A stretch of DNA of 64,000 bases from an uncultured bacterium (GCA_965552055.1 CBEVQO010000002.1:430796-494795); one strand, 5' to 3'. Counted from the stretch's first letter, positions 19,029 to 30,634 are shown. A program made the numbers and translations. Notes: a model not told the origin generated them from the letters alone.

Positions 19029-21572
19029 TTATTTCAATTTTACAAGTTTCAAAACTTCCTCCCTATTACCACATTTTATCTTCAAAAAGTAAATACCGGG
19101 ACTTAATCCCTTTAAATCCCAGATTATCTCTTTGCCTGAAAAATGCTTCTCTTCTTTTACACCTACAAGCCTGCCAATGTTGTCATATAACTCCAGAGTC
19201 AGGTTATTTCCCACTTTATTCTTAAACCTTATTTTTACAACATCCCTAACTGGATTTTTATAATAAGCGACGAATTGCTCCTTTTCTCTTTTTTCTTCTT
19301 GCTTGATACCTTCTTCTTTTAATATCCTCTCAAGAACATCGGCTACAGAATTATATCCGCTACCAGACCTTATTCCTTCCAGACCGAATCCAAAATAATA
19401 TAAACTATAATCGCCCTCGTATCTCACAGCTGCAACTCTACCTGAGCCGTAAACGAAGCAAGTTTCAGAGCCAACAGGTATCAATGCATCTTTATCACGC
19501 TGACCAACAACCACTAAATTTAGACCCTCACTAACTGAATTCCCCTCAACACCATAAATATAGTATCCTGATTCATCTCCTGGGTCAAACTCAGCTTTCA
19601 AATAATTGCGATAAAAATCCGTGTTACCAATATCATTCCCTATGTTCCTGCCACTCAATACAAGTGCACCACCGCCATTTAAATATTCTTTCAAATCAAT
19701 TGTATCTTCCGGCTCCAGTGTAGTTAAAGAATCACCCCCTGTAAACCATATTACAAGTTTATATTGTTTAAGAAGGTCACCCAATCTTCCTTTTTCCCTG
19801 TTATAAATATCAAATTTTACCTTCAAAGAATCCCTGAGTGCGGATATGTAAATATCTTCGCCCGAACTTTTATCATCATCAACGAGTAATATATCGGGAT
19901 AGCCTATTTCCAGCTTAAATGTATCTCCTGCATTTTCGGACTGAGGTGTCACAAAATAACTAAGATAAAACTCCACCGAATCTACAAGGGTATCAATTAT
20001 GGTGAATTTGAATTCAACTGTATCTTTAAAACCGGCATCCAATCTTCCTATTTTAACTATTGAATCGATCATTTTAATTTCGGGTCTCTCTGTATGTAAT
20101 CTCACTTCCCCTGAATCCACATCCTGCCATATTTGAGCATTCTTTAAAATAATCCTCAATAGCACAGTGTCACCAAACTCGGGTCTGCCATTACCATTAC
20201 CCATAGATGAATCATCAACATTGAAGCCTATGAGTTTTAGCTTTGAGTAGATAAGAGTTGCTATCGCCCTATATACATTTAACCTTCCGCTCCCCAATTT
20301 TCCTGCATAATCAGGATTTAGATGGTCAATCGAATCTGCCGTTAGTTTTAAGTGTTCAAATATAAATTTGTTATCTGCCTGTGGATAAAATGCTTTCAAA
20401 AGCCCCGCTGCTCCCGTCACAAATGGTGCAGCCATCGAAGTACCATCCCATTTGACATAGCTATTATCATAAACTGTGCTCAAAATTGACACACCAGGTG
20501 CAGAAATATCAATGGTATATCCATAATTCGAAAACCACGCCTTATGATCTGAAGAATTTGTAGCCGCTACAACCATTATAGTATCGCCCATTATAGCACC
20601 TGCTTCATTTAAAGTATCAAAAAACACATTATCATTACCAGCAGCTTCTATGAGCAACACACCTTTAGAATATGCATATCTGCAAGCATCAAGGAAGTAG
20701 CCCACAGTATCCGTGCCCCAGCTCATATTAATTGCAGTCGCACCTTTATCAGCAGCGTATATTAAAGCCTCTTTACAATAATCAAGCCAGACCACACCAC
20801 CATACACCGAATCAGCTGCTCCCACTCTCAAACACATTATCTTGCATTTAAAGCCAACACCCGCTATACCCCTATCATTATCAGCTACAGCACTGGCTAT
20901 CCCTGCACAATGCGTTCCATGTCCTCCAAAATCCATAGGGTCATTATCGGGTATCCAATAATCCTCGCCCGATACTGGATTATTCGATTCTCTATTTACC
21001 CAGTCCCAGCCTATAAAATCATCAGGAAGTCCATTACCATCGTCATCTATACCGTTCGAATCATCTTCAACATCCCAGACAACCCCATCCCCATCGATAT
21101 CCTCACCGGGATTAACCCATATATTGGTAATCAAATCAGGATGATTCCAGTCAACACCGCCATCAGGTATAGCAAGTATAACTTCTTCTGAGCCCTTACA
21201 GATATCCCATGCTTTATCTGCCATTATCTTAAAAATACCCCATTGCTGTTGAATAAAAGAATCAGATGGTATATAGCGTAAAGGCGCACAAACAATCGGG
21301 TCAACTCTTTTTATCCCTTTCATCTTCTTCAAAATTTTTTCAGCAAATTTATACTTATCTGTTGAAAACTTCATAGCATACCACAAATCGAGCCCATATT
21401 TCTCACCAAGCTCTTTATCAGCATAGAAACGAAACATCGGATATAAAGTATCGGGATGAAAAACCTTGTAAATTGAATCAAGCAACATTTCCTTTTTCTC
21501 CCTGAAATCTTTATCGATTTTAAAAGCAATTCTATCCTGCAATATCCATATTCCGATTAGAAATAAAATCAT
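19029..21572 (-). CDS. S8 subtilisin-family peptidase with T9SS-type CTD
   Basis: PDGGVD, HGTHCAG, AAGN, GTSMAAP; C-terminal NP...YDNIGR...PGIYF. Confidence 0.9.
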   Translation of the reverse strand: MILFLIGIWILQDRIAFKIDKDFREKKEMLLDSIYKVFHPDTLYPMFRFYADKELGEKYGLDLWYAMKFSTDKYKFAEKILKKMKGIKRVDPIVCAPLRYIPSDSFIQQQWGIFKIMADKAWDICKGSEEVILAIPDGGVDWNHPDLITNIWVNPGEDIDGDGVVWDVEDDSNGIDDDGNGLPDDFIGWDWVNRESNNPVSGEDYWIPDNDPMDFGGHGTHCAGIASAVADNDRGIAGVGFKCKIMCLRVGAADSVYGGVVWLDYCKEALIYAADKGATAINMSWGTDTVGYFLDACRYAYSKGVLLIEAAGNDNVFFDTLNEAGAIMGDTIMVVAATNSSDHKAWFSNYGYTIDISAPGVSILSTVYDNSYVKWDGTSMAAPFVTGAAGLLKAFYPQADNKFIFEHLKLTADSIDHLNPDYAGKLGSGRLNVYRAIATLIYSKLKLIGFNVDDSSMGNGNGRPEFGDTVLLRIILKNAQIWQDVDSGEVRLHTERPEIKMIDSIVKIGRLDAGFKDTVEFKFTIIDTLVDSVEFYLSYFVTPQSENAGDTFKLEIGYPDILLVDDDKSSGEDIYISALRDSLKVKFDIYNREKGRLGDLLKQYKLVIWFTGGDSLTTLEPEDTIDLKEYLNGGGALVLSGRNIGNDIGNTDFYRNYLKAEFDPGDESGYYIYGVEGNSVSEGLNLVVVGQRDKDALIPVGSETCFVYGSGRVAAVRYEGDYSLYYFGFGLEGIRSGSGYNSVADVLERILKEEGIKQEEKREKEQFVAYYKNPVRDVVKIRFKNKVGNNLTLELYDNIGRLVGVKEEKHFSGKEIIWDLKGLSPGIYFLKIKCGNREEVLKLVKLK

Positions 21573-22501
21573 AATTCAAAATTTACAGCAACTCTATGGA
21601 TATAACCGAGATACTTATGCTTTTGAACAGTATAATCGATACCCATACTTGAGCCAACATTATATCCTATTCCAGCACCGTATTCTATCAAATCTTTTCG
21701 GGTAATTCCTGTTCTTATTTTCATATTCCCGAGAACTGCTTCCAGACCAACAGCATAGGTAGTTGGCTGATCATTCTGATGCACAATCTCAGCATCCACC
21801 GTTACTTTAGGACTTGAAAGCACATCCACAGCAAACCCTCCCTGAAAGCAGAGAGGCATAGGGAATGATGTAGAAATATATGTCCACGAAAAACCCTCTT
21901 CGGTTTCTTCTGTCAGATTCTCGCCCCTGTATCTGGTATTCGGTCCAAAATTCCTTATCGCATAACCAAACCTCAAATTGCCTGCAAGTCCTGTGTTGTA
22001 TGTGCCACCGATATCTATCAACCATCCTGTCGCTGTAACTTTATAAATGTTCAGACTATAAACTTTTATCGTAAATCCCGCATTAAATTTATCTGTCAAC
22101 CTCCTTGCGTAACTTATACCGAGTGCATAGTCGTTTGCAGAATAGTAATGCCCGGTACCTTCCTGTTGCTCCTCTGTTGTAATCTCAATCTTACCCGAAA
22201 AAGAAGCAATCATACTTATACCAACCGCTCCTTCTTTGGATGGGCTCACAAAAGCTATATCTGCACCTGTTATCCCGGCAAAAAACTTATTGCTCGTTAA
22301 AGATACACTCTTCCTACTTACAAGCGCTATACCTGCGGGATTCCAGAACACAGCCTGTGGACCTTCTGCTATCGCAGTAAATGCACCACAGAGAGCTGTA
22401 GGTCGAGCACCTGCTCCGCGCGATAAGAACACACCCCCTGACCTGCCAGTATAGGCACTCAATACCCCTGGAAAAATAATTAATAACAAATACTTCCTCA
22501 T
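21569..22501 (-). CDS. PorV/PorQ-family outer-membrane barrel
   Basis: FLSRGAGARPTALCGAFTAIA..AVFWNPAG; C-terminal IDY...HR. Confidence 0.8.
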   Translation of the reverse strand: MRKYLLLIIFPGVLSAYTGRSGGVFLSRGAGARPTALCGAFTAIAEGPQAVFWNPAGIALVSRKSVSLTSNKFFAGITGADIAFVSPSKEGAVGISMIASFSGKIEITTEEQQEGTGHYYSANDYALGISYARRLTDKFNAGFTIKVYSLNIYKVTATGWLIDIGGTYNTGLAGNLRFGYAIRNFGPNTRYRGENLTEETEEGFSWTYISTSFPMPLCFQGGFAVDVLSSPKVTVDAEIVHQNDQPTTYAVGLEAVLGNMKIRTGITRKDLIEYGAGIGYNVGSSMGIDYTVQKHKYLGYIHRVAVNFEL

Positions 22502-22510
22502 AATCACCTC

Positions 22511-24283
22511 CTATAATCCATTAAATACCTGAATCCTGCCGTTACCTGTATCACTTACATAAACTTTACCATCTTTCACCATTATACCGTGGGGATTCTG
22601 GAACAATCCTTCAGCTGTGCCTCCTGCTCCCCATCTGGCTATCCTTACTTCTTTGTTAATGTCATAAATCTTCACAGCATCTTCATCTAAATCTGTAACA
22701 TAAATCTTATTCCCGTCTATTACAAAAGCAAATGGCGTGGTAGAGAGACCCACTGAAAAAGAGTTATAAATATTTATGTAAGAGTCAGGGGAGTCATGTA
22801 TATTCACATATTTTTCTAATTTACCAACACCTCTTCCTGCATATTTCTTTAATATCCAGATAACAGTATCTACATACTCGACATCGTTAATCTCACTTAT
22901 CACAGCTGAATCCATTATTTCTTTATTATGTAAGTTGAAAATGTACAATTTTTGTGCATCCGCATCAACAACTGCAAGCATACTATCTTTTACTGACATA
23001 CTCCTGGGACGCAATTTCCTTTCACCCTTTGTAATTTCACCTATAATCTCACCCTTTACATTAAGCATAAATACTTTGAAATCACTAAGGTCACTTACAA
23101 AAATAGTGTCACCGAGCACCTCAATATCCCATGGTCTCTTAAATCCTTCCCACCTGCCAGCATACTCACCATTTTCAAAAATGTAAATGTAGCCACCTTC
23201 TTCATCGGCATCAGCCACAAGCAAACTGTCACCAAAAAATGCAAGCCCTATTGGCTGATTCAATACTCCTTCACCTATCACCTTATCGAATTTTGATACC
23301 AGTTCTAACTTCAATGTGCATGCCTGAGGCGAATATTTACCATGGACATTCATAACCCTAACAATGACATTGTAAGTACCAGGCTCAACATAATAGTGCG
23401 AAGCTGTTATCTCCGCTTTCATGGGATTCTTAAAAGAAGTCCTCCATTTCTCACCATCTCCCCAATCGAATTCTGCACATAAAAGAGAATCACCAGGATC
23501 CGGGTCACTTGCTCCACCTTCAGCTATCGCTACCCAGTACTCCGTCTTGCTGAACATTATGGTATCTGTAATTGTATCTATACCTGTGTTTTTAAACTTA
23601 ATCGCATCCCTTTCAAGATAGGGTGGTCTATCATAATATAACACATTTAAAGTCTCAGATGCAAACCACCAGTTACAATCCCTCGCTTTTACCACAACAG
23701 GTAAAAAGACATCAACATCCCTCGTTGCAAAACTATGATAAAAAACAAACTCCTTGCCACTGGGCAAATCAACTACCTTCCAGTCTTCTACTTTGCCATC
23801 ACCCCATTCTACCATACAATTCACACTATCATTCTCCGGGTCAGTTATCTTCACAACTAATTTATATTGGGTGCCAACATAACATGTTTCCCTTGCTTCC
23901 ACAAAATTTATCACAGGAGGCTTACTCACAGGATATACTCCCACCACCTGAATTTTTGTCCATTCGGAAATCTTACCATGATAATCCTTTGCCCTGGCTT
24001 TAACCGTGCAGATACCTGTAGATTGATAAACATGCTTCATCTCCACCATCTTACCATATTCAACAAACTTACTCCAATCACTTATCTTACCATCGCCCCA
24101 ATCAACCTGAAAAGACAAACTATCAAATTCTGCATCTTCGGCAGAAAGGTATACATTTAGAGTTTCTCCAACATGAGTGTAATCTTTCATCAAGCCAGTG
24201 ATATTTACAGGAGGATATTCTGTTCTTTTGAAACACCCCCAGATTACTAATCCTAAAATTAAGCCTATATACAATTTCTTCAT
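22511..24283 (-). CDS. Putative lipoprotein with PKD-like domains and NHL repeats
   Basis: Lipobox-like WGC; three (D/E)WGDG units; VYVSDTGNGRIQVF. Confidence 0.75.
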   Translation of the reverse strand: MKKLYIGLILGLVIWGCFKRTEYPPVNITGLMKDYTHVGETLNVYLSAEDAEFDSLSFQVDWGDGKISDWSKFVEYGKMVEMKHVYQSTGICTVKARAKDYHGKISEWTKIQVVGVYPVSKPPVINFVEARETCYVGTQYKLVVKITDPENDSVNCMVEWGDGKVEDWKVVDLPSGKEFVFYHSFATRDVDVFLPVVVKARDCNWWFASETLNVLYYDRPPYLERDAIKFKNTGIDTITDTIMFSKTEYWVAIAEGGASDPDPGDSLLCAEFDWGDGEKWRTSFKNPMKAEITASHYYVEPGTYNVIVRVMNVHGKYSPQACTLKLELVSKFDKVIGEGVLNQPIGLAFFGDSLLVADADEEGGYIYIFENGEYAGRWEGFKRPWDIEVLGDTIFVSDLSDFKVFMLNVKGEIIGEITKGERKLRPRSMSVKDSMLAVVDADAQKLYIFNLHNKEIMDSAVISEINDVEYVDTVIWILKKYAGRGVGKLEKYVNIHDSPDSYINIYNSFSVGLSTTPFAFVIDGNKIYVTDLDEDAVKIYDINKEVRIARWGAGGTAEGLFQNPHGIMVKDGKVYVSDTGNGRIQVFNGL

Positions 24284-24291
24284 ATCCCCTC

Positions 24292-27200
24292 CTATTTAAT
24301 TATCGCAAACTTACCGACCTTCCTTTTTCCATCAGGAGTAGTTATTAGATAAATATAAAGTCCACTGGGAGCTTCAAATCCATCATCCGTCCTTAAATCC
24401 CATGCATGTGCACCAGGACCCCTATCTTCCTGCCTCAACTCCTCAGGTGACGCTCCACTCAAAGGTCTTATCGTCTGCTCCTTATGCTCTATCGTCTTTA
24501 TCAAAAGACCAGCTGCATTAAATATCCTTATCGTGCACTCAGAAGGCAGACCCTGGAACCATATTTTCCTTTTTTCAACACTTTCATCCCAGCTCGCTTT
24601 AACAAAGTAAGGATTGGGCACTACCCTCACACTGTCAAGTGAGTAGCTTTCTTTTTTAATCCCGAATTTCGTTGGCACAAGTATAAATTGAGTTGAAGGT
24701 GTCAATCTATTCAATGTATATAAATAGAATACAGTTCCACTATCGGGTAATGGCGGATATTCTTCGCCCGCTGGCGTCGCTCCCTTCACAGTATCCCATT
24801 TCAAACATATCACCCAGTTATTCGGATAATTATCGGTGAATATACTACTATCAGCGTATATGTAGATAGCATCAAGATTGGGGTTTAAGATTTCGGGCTG
24901 AATTTTATTGTAAAACCAGAAATAAGCAGGCTTATCGTCTGTTACATCCCACACTGTGAAGAAACAGGGATTACCCCTTGTATCCTTCTCCGACCATGTA
25001 TCGCCAACAAATCTTATCTCATACTCATGCAAAGGATAATATTTATCTACATTTTTAAGATCATAGTTAAACTTCCAGCCCACACTCTTTGACCAGTGAG
25101 AATAAACTGTGTCTATTACTTTCTCGGTATCAATCTTACAGACTCTGCACGCCGCTAACCTGAATACTATTCCTTTTGTTGGCGGTAATGCCTTGAAATC
25201 AAAATCTGTACATCTATCCACTATCGTATCACCCGATTCTTTCCCTATTATGCTCCAGGACTCTATCTTTGTGGTTTCTGTAGGCGAAGTTTGAAACACC
25301 AGCAACAATGTTTCCTCGGGCATATCAAGGGGATTTGCTACAAAAGCTTCGAACCTTACATCTCCCATTCCTTTTATTCTCTCTAATCTTAATCCCGGTT
25401 TCTTCAAATCCGCTGGCGTTTCCATCGGGATAGCCCAGTATTTTGTGCCTGTCTTACCTGATTCCATAGAAGGAATACCATAATAGGGCAACTCCCTGCT
25501 GTAAGAAGTAACACAATAATAGTATTTCTTACCATTCACAACATCTTCATCAACATATACATAGTTTAGCCCTGTTTCCTGACCCACGGTATAGCCCTTA
25601 AAGCTTTTCACTTCAAAGACATCCCCTGGATTCGGCGAAATATCGGCAGGCTGAGATGGATTATAAACACCATCTTTTATTATTATATAAAATCCATCAA
25701 TGTAGATTTTAGCTCCCGAAACATAACCCGGGTCAGAAGAATATGGCTTATTCGTGTTCGGATCTATTATACAATAATCACCTATTTCATCATCAATTGC
25801 ATCAGGATTATATTCATAAAGTATTCTCTCAGTTTCATTATAAATTTTGAAAGAATTCTTTGACTCAAATGTTATCGTGTATGAATAAGTCCCAAGTATT
25901 GTGTCAATCTGCGCCAATAAAATTTGGGCACTCGATGTTCCCTTTAAATATCCCACAATAACTGTATCTTTAGTCCTGCTTCCTTTTTTATCAAATTCTG
26001 CTAACAATTCCCATGTTCCTGGCAAACCTGATTCACTTTTGTAAACTCTATAGCCCTCAAATGTTTTTTCTCCGCTCATAGGACAAACATAGCTCTCCGG
26101 TTTATTATCCCATGCTATTATAACTTTCTTATCCAGTGGCGTGATCCAGACATCAGGCGAAGGAGGCGGTGCAAACCCCACATACCCATTCTCAAACTGC
26201 TTCCTCGCCATCTCTGCTCTTTCCTTCAACTCATCGAGAGTAAGCCCCACAACCAAAGCAACAGTAAAAGATATCTCTTCACCCGGTTCCAGCACAGGAT
26301 AAGGACCTGTTGATTGTAATTGCCTGATGTCAAAAGGATTATTCCATACCATAAATGCTGTATCAGACAGGAATAAGTATTTTAAAGAATCGGTTCTATC
26401 TTCGTCAATATCATGCCCATAATGCCACACTTTAAATCCCGTCATTCCCTTATCACCCGGTGTCTCACAGAAAACACATCCAACATACCCAGCCGGTGTC
26501 TCCCAACCGGGCTCAAAACCATCGGAGTCATAGGTATAACCCAAATCAAGTTCTTTATCGTATCCAGCTAAATCATCCTGGGCACCTTGACCCTCTTCAG
26601 AAACTTCAGAACCCACATCGTTATCCATAAATACACCACAATAAATATTCTTCAAAGGAAAAGGATTCATATTCCTTATTCTCCAGTTGATATAAACATA
26701 GGCGTTATTATAATCATAATTCCATGAGTATGTTCTCTGCTCTATCCTTATCCCCATCCCCCATTCATCATAAGGTCCTGCATCCCTCACCCAGAGCACG
26801 GTTGCCTGACCAGCTGGTATCCAGTCGCCCGCACATGCATAAGTGTCCTCAAGGGATATTATATCACCTGTATCCACCTCCATACCCTCTGGTCTTCTCC
26901 TGTTTATTGTAGTATCAGTAAAGGGCCAGCGCGCCTGATAGGAAGCAGGTTCTTCTCCCTGCTGAGCAAACAACAGATTGCCTTCACCTTCATAGCCATA
27001 TCCAACAGGTATCACCTGGTCGCTGAAATAGAGACCCAATCCACTTAAATCCTTGCCACCCAAATTCTGTGCCTCATAGCAAGCCATAGCACCCAGATCC
27101 GAATAATAGGCACATTTGCTGACATTTGGCTTCCATACAGTATCTGAACCTGATATCACAGGATAAAGCGCACCAACCCACAATCCATAAGCCCAGATAT

Positions 27201-27519
27201 AATATTGACCTGAACCAGCAGGATATTCTCCATTTAGACCGAGTGGCATATCAAGAGTTTCAAAAGGAAATGTACCATCATAATATTGCCATGATGGGGG
27301 TCTTGAAAATATTCCTCCCTGCAGAGTATTACTTATGCAAATATCCCTTAACTCACCTACCCCTGTCCATGCTACAATCCACCAATCCGCAGGCTTATCC
27401 CAGACCCTTGTCTTATCACCAGTAGCATGATACGGCTCAGTGAACCTCAATTTCATCTCGTATTTACCATAGAGCAGGAAAGAATAAAGCAAACCTGTTA
27501 TTAAAAACAATCTCCTCAT
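24292..27519 (-). CDS. Large secreted protein with FN3-like region and CTD variant
   Basis: Signal peptide; PPPSP..FEGYRVYKS; DVVNGKKYYY; VRVVPNPY...CTIRIF...WDL...SGLYIY. Confidence 0.7.
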   Translation of the reverse strand: MRRLFLITGLLYSFLLYGKYEMKLRFTEPYHATGDKTRVWDKPADWWIVAWTGVGELRDICISNTLQGGIFSRPPSWQYYDGTFPFETLDMPLGLNGEYPAGSGQYYIWAYGLWVGALYPVISGSDTVWKPNVSKCAYYSDLGAMACYEAQNLGGKDLSGLGLYFSDQVIPVGYGYEGEGNLLFAQQGEEPASYQARWPFTDTTINRRRPEGMEVDTGDIISLEDTYACAGDWIPAGQATVLWVRDAGPYDEWGMGIRIEQRTYSWNYDYNNAYVYINWRIRNMNPFPLKNIYCGVFMDNDVGSEVSEEGQGAQDDLAGYDKELDLGYTYDSDGFEPGWETPAGYVGCVFCETPGDKGMTGFKVWHYGHDIDEDRTDSLKYLFLSDTAFMVWNNPFDIRQLQSTGPYPVLEPGEEISFTVALVVGLTLDELKERAEMARKQFENGYVGFAPPPSPDVWITPLDKKVIIAWDNKPESYVCPMSGEKTFEGYRVYKSESGLPGTWELLAEFDKKGSRTKDTVIVGYLKGTSSAQILLAQIDTILGTYSYTITFESKNSFKIYNETERILYEYNPDAIDDEIGDYCIIDPNTNKPYSSDPGYVSGAKIYIDGFYIIIKDGVYNPSQPADISPNPGDVFEVKSFKGYTVGQETGLNYVYVDEDVVNGKKYYYCVTSYSRELPYYGIPSMESGKTGTKYWAIPMETPADLKKPGLRLERIKGMGDVRFEAFVANPLDMPEETLLLVFQTSPTETTKIESWSIIGKESGDTIVDRCTDFDFKALPPTKGIVFRLAACRVCKIDTEKVIDTVYSHWSKSVGWKFNYDLKNVDKYYPLHEYEIRFVGDTWSEKDTRGNPCFFTVWDVTDDKPAYFWFYNKIQPEILNPNLDAIYIYADSSIFTDNYPNNWVICLKWDTVKGATPAGEEYPPLPDSGTVFYLYTLNRLTPSTQFILVPTKFGIKKESYSLDSVRVVPNPYFVKASWDESVEKRKIWFQGLPSECTIRIFNAAGLLIKTIEHKEQTIRPLSGASPEELRQEDRGPGAHAWDLRTDDGFEAPSGLYIYLITTPDGKRKVGKFAIIK

Positions 27520-27528
27520 AGCCCCTCC

Positions 27529-30500
27529 TTAAATTGATAACCTTATACCAACTCTTATTAATCTCCTGTTCATGTAATGATAAGGATTTGTTACATATAT
27601 TTTCCAGAACTCTTTCACAGCGTTATACCACTCTTCAGGTGATTCAAAACCATAATCTTTATAATACCTCGAATAAAGTGAAGGCTCATAAACAGGTGCA
27701 GCTCCATTATCATCGGGCAAACCTGTCGTTTCATAAACATCAGCGATGTTCAAGTTATTGGTCATATTCAAAATATCAGCATATAACTCCATTGGCAGCT
27801 TAAATTTATACAATTCTTTCCTCAATCTTACATCTATTTGCCATGTAGAAGGTCTCCTTTTTGAACCCGGAGCAAGTGGATTGCCTTTCAGGTCTTCGGG
27901 TGTATAAGGTGTGCCCGATTGGAATGTCCAATCCAAGTTTATGTTTAAACCGCCGAGTAACAGATTAAATTTAGGATAATCTATCGGGAAATAAAAGTTT
28001 ATATAACCCCTGAATGTGTGTGGCACTTCAAAATCCAGTGGAAACTCCATCTTCGGTAATTCCCTTGTCGTCAGCATATATCTCCTGTAATACTCATCGG
28101 ATTCCGAACCTGTACCCCTTGCCGATTGATATTCATAACTTACCTCAAAACTCGTCTGTATACCGGCAAAAGAGCCAGCTCTCTGTTTCAAAGTAATCTC
28201 CATACCTTTAACTTCTGCAATATCTCTTAACAAATAAATTGTGTACTGGGCAAGACGCTTACGCCAGATTGTTCTAACAGGACGGCTACTTAATAGATTC
28301 TTGACATCTTTAAAGTAAAAGGCAATAAGTCCTTTGAATTCCGGTGAAAACGCATATTCGTATCCCACCTCATAAAGCACCTGGCTCTCTGGTGGCAAGT
28401 TTGGATTGCCTATCAGCGGATATCCGCAGGTTATATCGGCGTATAAATTCTGATAAAGGTCTTCAAGATTTACATGCTTAAAGAACCATCCATAATGGGC
28501 ATACATCTTTGATTTCTCTGTCACTGCATAACTTATTCCGAATCTCGGTGAAATCTGCCACTTGGGCTTTACCCATGCCCTACCAGAATCGAGATTCTCA
28601 AGATCAACATAGAATTCGGACATAGGATGGAAGAAATCTATCCTTAAACCAGGTTTCATTGTAAGGTCTCCGTACTCTATCTTATCCTGTATGTAAGCAG
28701 CAGCAGATACAGGTTTTTTACTATAATGGTCGGTATAAGGGTTCTCATTTGCAAAATATACCTCTGTCATCTTAACATTATAAAATCTTACCTGACCCCC
28801 TGCTTTTATAGTATGGAATCTATTAGGAGCATATGTCATTTTGAAACTTATTTCATAATGTTTATTCATCCTATCATGCCAGTAAGGATAAGCATACCAG
28901 CCAAATAACACACCAGATGGCCATGCCCAATCAGGTCCCCTGTTGTATCTTATCATATACATATTACCACTGGGCTCCATCATTTCACGGGTAAATGTAG
29001 TGTCTTCTATCAATTTTACTACATCTTCGATATATTTATCGAGATTAAATTTATGATAGAAAATAGCCGTATCCCCTTTCATTAACACAACTGTATTCCA
29101 CACGGTATCAAGCGTATCTGGACGCAATGTCCAGTGATAAGAATTTACCTCATACCACCTGTCGTTCAAAGCATCAACAATATTTGGCACAGAAGTAGTC
29201 CAAATCCATCCTTTCTCCGGGTCCCATTTACCCCAATTTAGCACATTTTCATAATAGTAATAATATGCTTTATCAGCACCCCAGCCTTCTTTCCATTTCC
29301 TCCAGGCAGGGTCCCACCAGCCCTGAGATACCGCATAAGAAACCCAGGGCAACCTCTCTGCTATAACCTTCCATTCACTGTAATGTTTCCCATTAAACCC
29401 CGCTACATGATAATGGGTGTTGAATAATCCAAAGGTAAAATAAAATTTTAACTTCGCAGAAGCAGAATATGTCAGATTCGCATTTAGTCTATAACTATCA
29501 TGAGAATATAATGGAGTATCCCTTAACCAATCTCCCCATGAAAAGTAATGAATATACCTGTGCCATACCCTTTTACCATAGCTCCCGGATAGCTTCAATA
29601 TCAGTTTCTTCTCTTTACCGAAACCCCTTTCCCATTTAACGGTACCAGAACCTCCATACCTTCTTTCATCACTATGAGGCAATCTCCTTGGTCTCTTATA
29701 TTTAAGCAACTCGTTGCGATAAAAGTTCCACATTGAAACAGAATCTTTTATCTCATACTCAGGAGAATCAAACCAGTTACCCTGCAAGAAGAAAGTGGAA
29801 CCCTTACCAAGGAACTTCAATGGACCACTCAAAACCCATCCAAGTTTATTATAGCCACTGTTATAAGGTCCAAGGAAGACATCACCATAATAGTTCAATC
29901 CAGCCATCAGAATCGGTGTACCTGCTTTGGTAACGATATTTGCGACACCAGAAAGCACCTGTCCATATTCTGCATCAAAACCACTTTTTATAAGCTCCAT
30001 TTCTTCAATGGCTGCGTTATCGATTATCTCACCAGCTTCACCTGTAAAAGGATCATTTACCACTACACCATCAACTATGTAAACGGTTTCTCCTGTTCTT
30101 CCGCCTCTTATGTGAATCTCTTTACCCGCTCCCCTCTGTATCGCTACAACTCCAGTGGATTTAGCTATAACATCGTGATAATTGGTAACGGGTTTTTGCT
30201 CTATCTCCTTACTTGTAACACGACTCACTGATGCAGTTACATCCCTCTCAACAATGGGTCTTTTCGCAGTAACAACTATAACCTGACCTTTCACCACCTC
30301 GGGCTCGAGGTAAAAATCCAGAGTATAAGTCATATCCGCAAATATCCAAACACTGTCAACACGCATCTTCGAATAACCCATACGAGATGCTTCAACAGTA
30401 TAGCAACCGACCGGGATATCTATTATCATGTAATTGCCATTCTTATCGGAAATAGCTCCTATCCCTGTGGGCTTGCCATTACGCAACAATGTTATTGAAA

Positions 30501-30618
30501 CATATCCCAGCGGCTTATTGGTAGATTTATCATAAGTCCTGCCAACGAGTTTACCAGTAACCCCTGCATACGCCGTCCAGCTCATTACACATAAAAATGC
30601 AATCGTTAAATACCTCAT
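27529..30618 (-). CDS. TonB-dependent receptor with carboxypeptidase-like N-domain
   Basis: GVTGKL; HIRGGR..YIVDG plug; GFDAEYG; SPRFGISY; GNPNL; C-terminal RLIRVGIRLSI. Confidence 0.85.
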   Translation of the reverse strand: MRYLTIAFLCVMSWTAYAGVTGKLVGRTYDKSTNKPLGYVSITLLRNGKPTGIGAISDKNGNYMIIDIPVGCYTVEASRMGYSKMRVDSVWIFADMTYTLDFYLEPEVVKGQVIVVTAKRPIVERDVTASVSRVTSKEIEQKPVTNYHDVIAKSTGVVAIQRGAGKEIHIRGGRTGETVYIVDGVVVNDPFTGEAGEIIDNAAIEEMELIKSGFDAEYGQVLSGVANIVTKAGTPILMAGLNYYGDVFLGPYNSGYNKLGWVLSGPLKFLGKGSTFFLQGNWFDSPEYEIKDSVSMWNFYRNELLKYKRPRRLPHSDERRYGGSGTVKWERGFGKEKKLILKLSGSYGKRVWHRYIHYFSWGDWLRDTPLYSHDSYRLNANLTYSASAKLKFYFTFGLFNTHYHVAGFNGKHYSEWKVIAERLPWVSYAVSQGWWDPAWRKWKEGWGADKAYYYYYENVLNWGKWDPEKGWIWTTSVPNIVDALNDRWYEVNSYHWTLRPDTLDTVWNTVVLMKGDTAIFYHKFNLDKYIEDVVKLIEDTTFTREMMEPSGNMYMIRYNRGPDWAWPSGVLFGWYAYPYWHDRMNKHYEISFKMTYAPNRFHTIKAGGQVRFYNVKMTEVYFANENPYTDHYSKKPVSAAAYIQDKIEYGDLTMKPGLRIDFFHPMSEFYVDLENLDSGRAWVKPKWQISPRFGISYAVTEKSKMYAHYGWFFKHVNLEDLYQNLYADITCGYPLIGNPNLPPESQVLYEVGYEYAFSPEFKGLIAFYFKDVKNLLSSRPVRTIWRKRLAQYTIYLLRDIAEVKGMEITLKQRAGSFAGIQTSFEVSYEYQSARGTGSESDEYYRRYMLTTRELPKMEFPLDFEVPHTFRGYINFYFPIDYPKFNLLLGGLNINLDWTFQSGTPYTPEDLKGNPLAPGSKRRPSTWQIDVRLRKELYKFKLPMELYADILNMTNNLNIADVYETTGLPDDNGAAPVYEPSLYSRYYKDYGFESPEEWYNAVKEFWKIYVTNPYHYMNRRLIRVGIRLSI

Positions 30619-30634
30619 ACTCCCCTCCAGCTTT

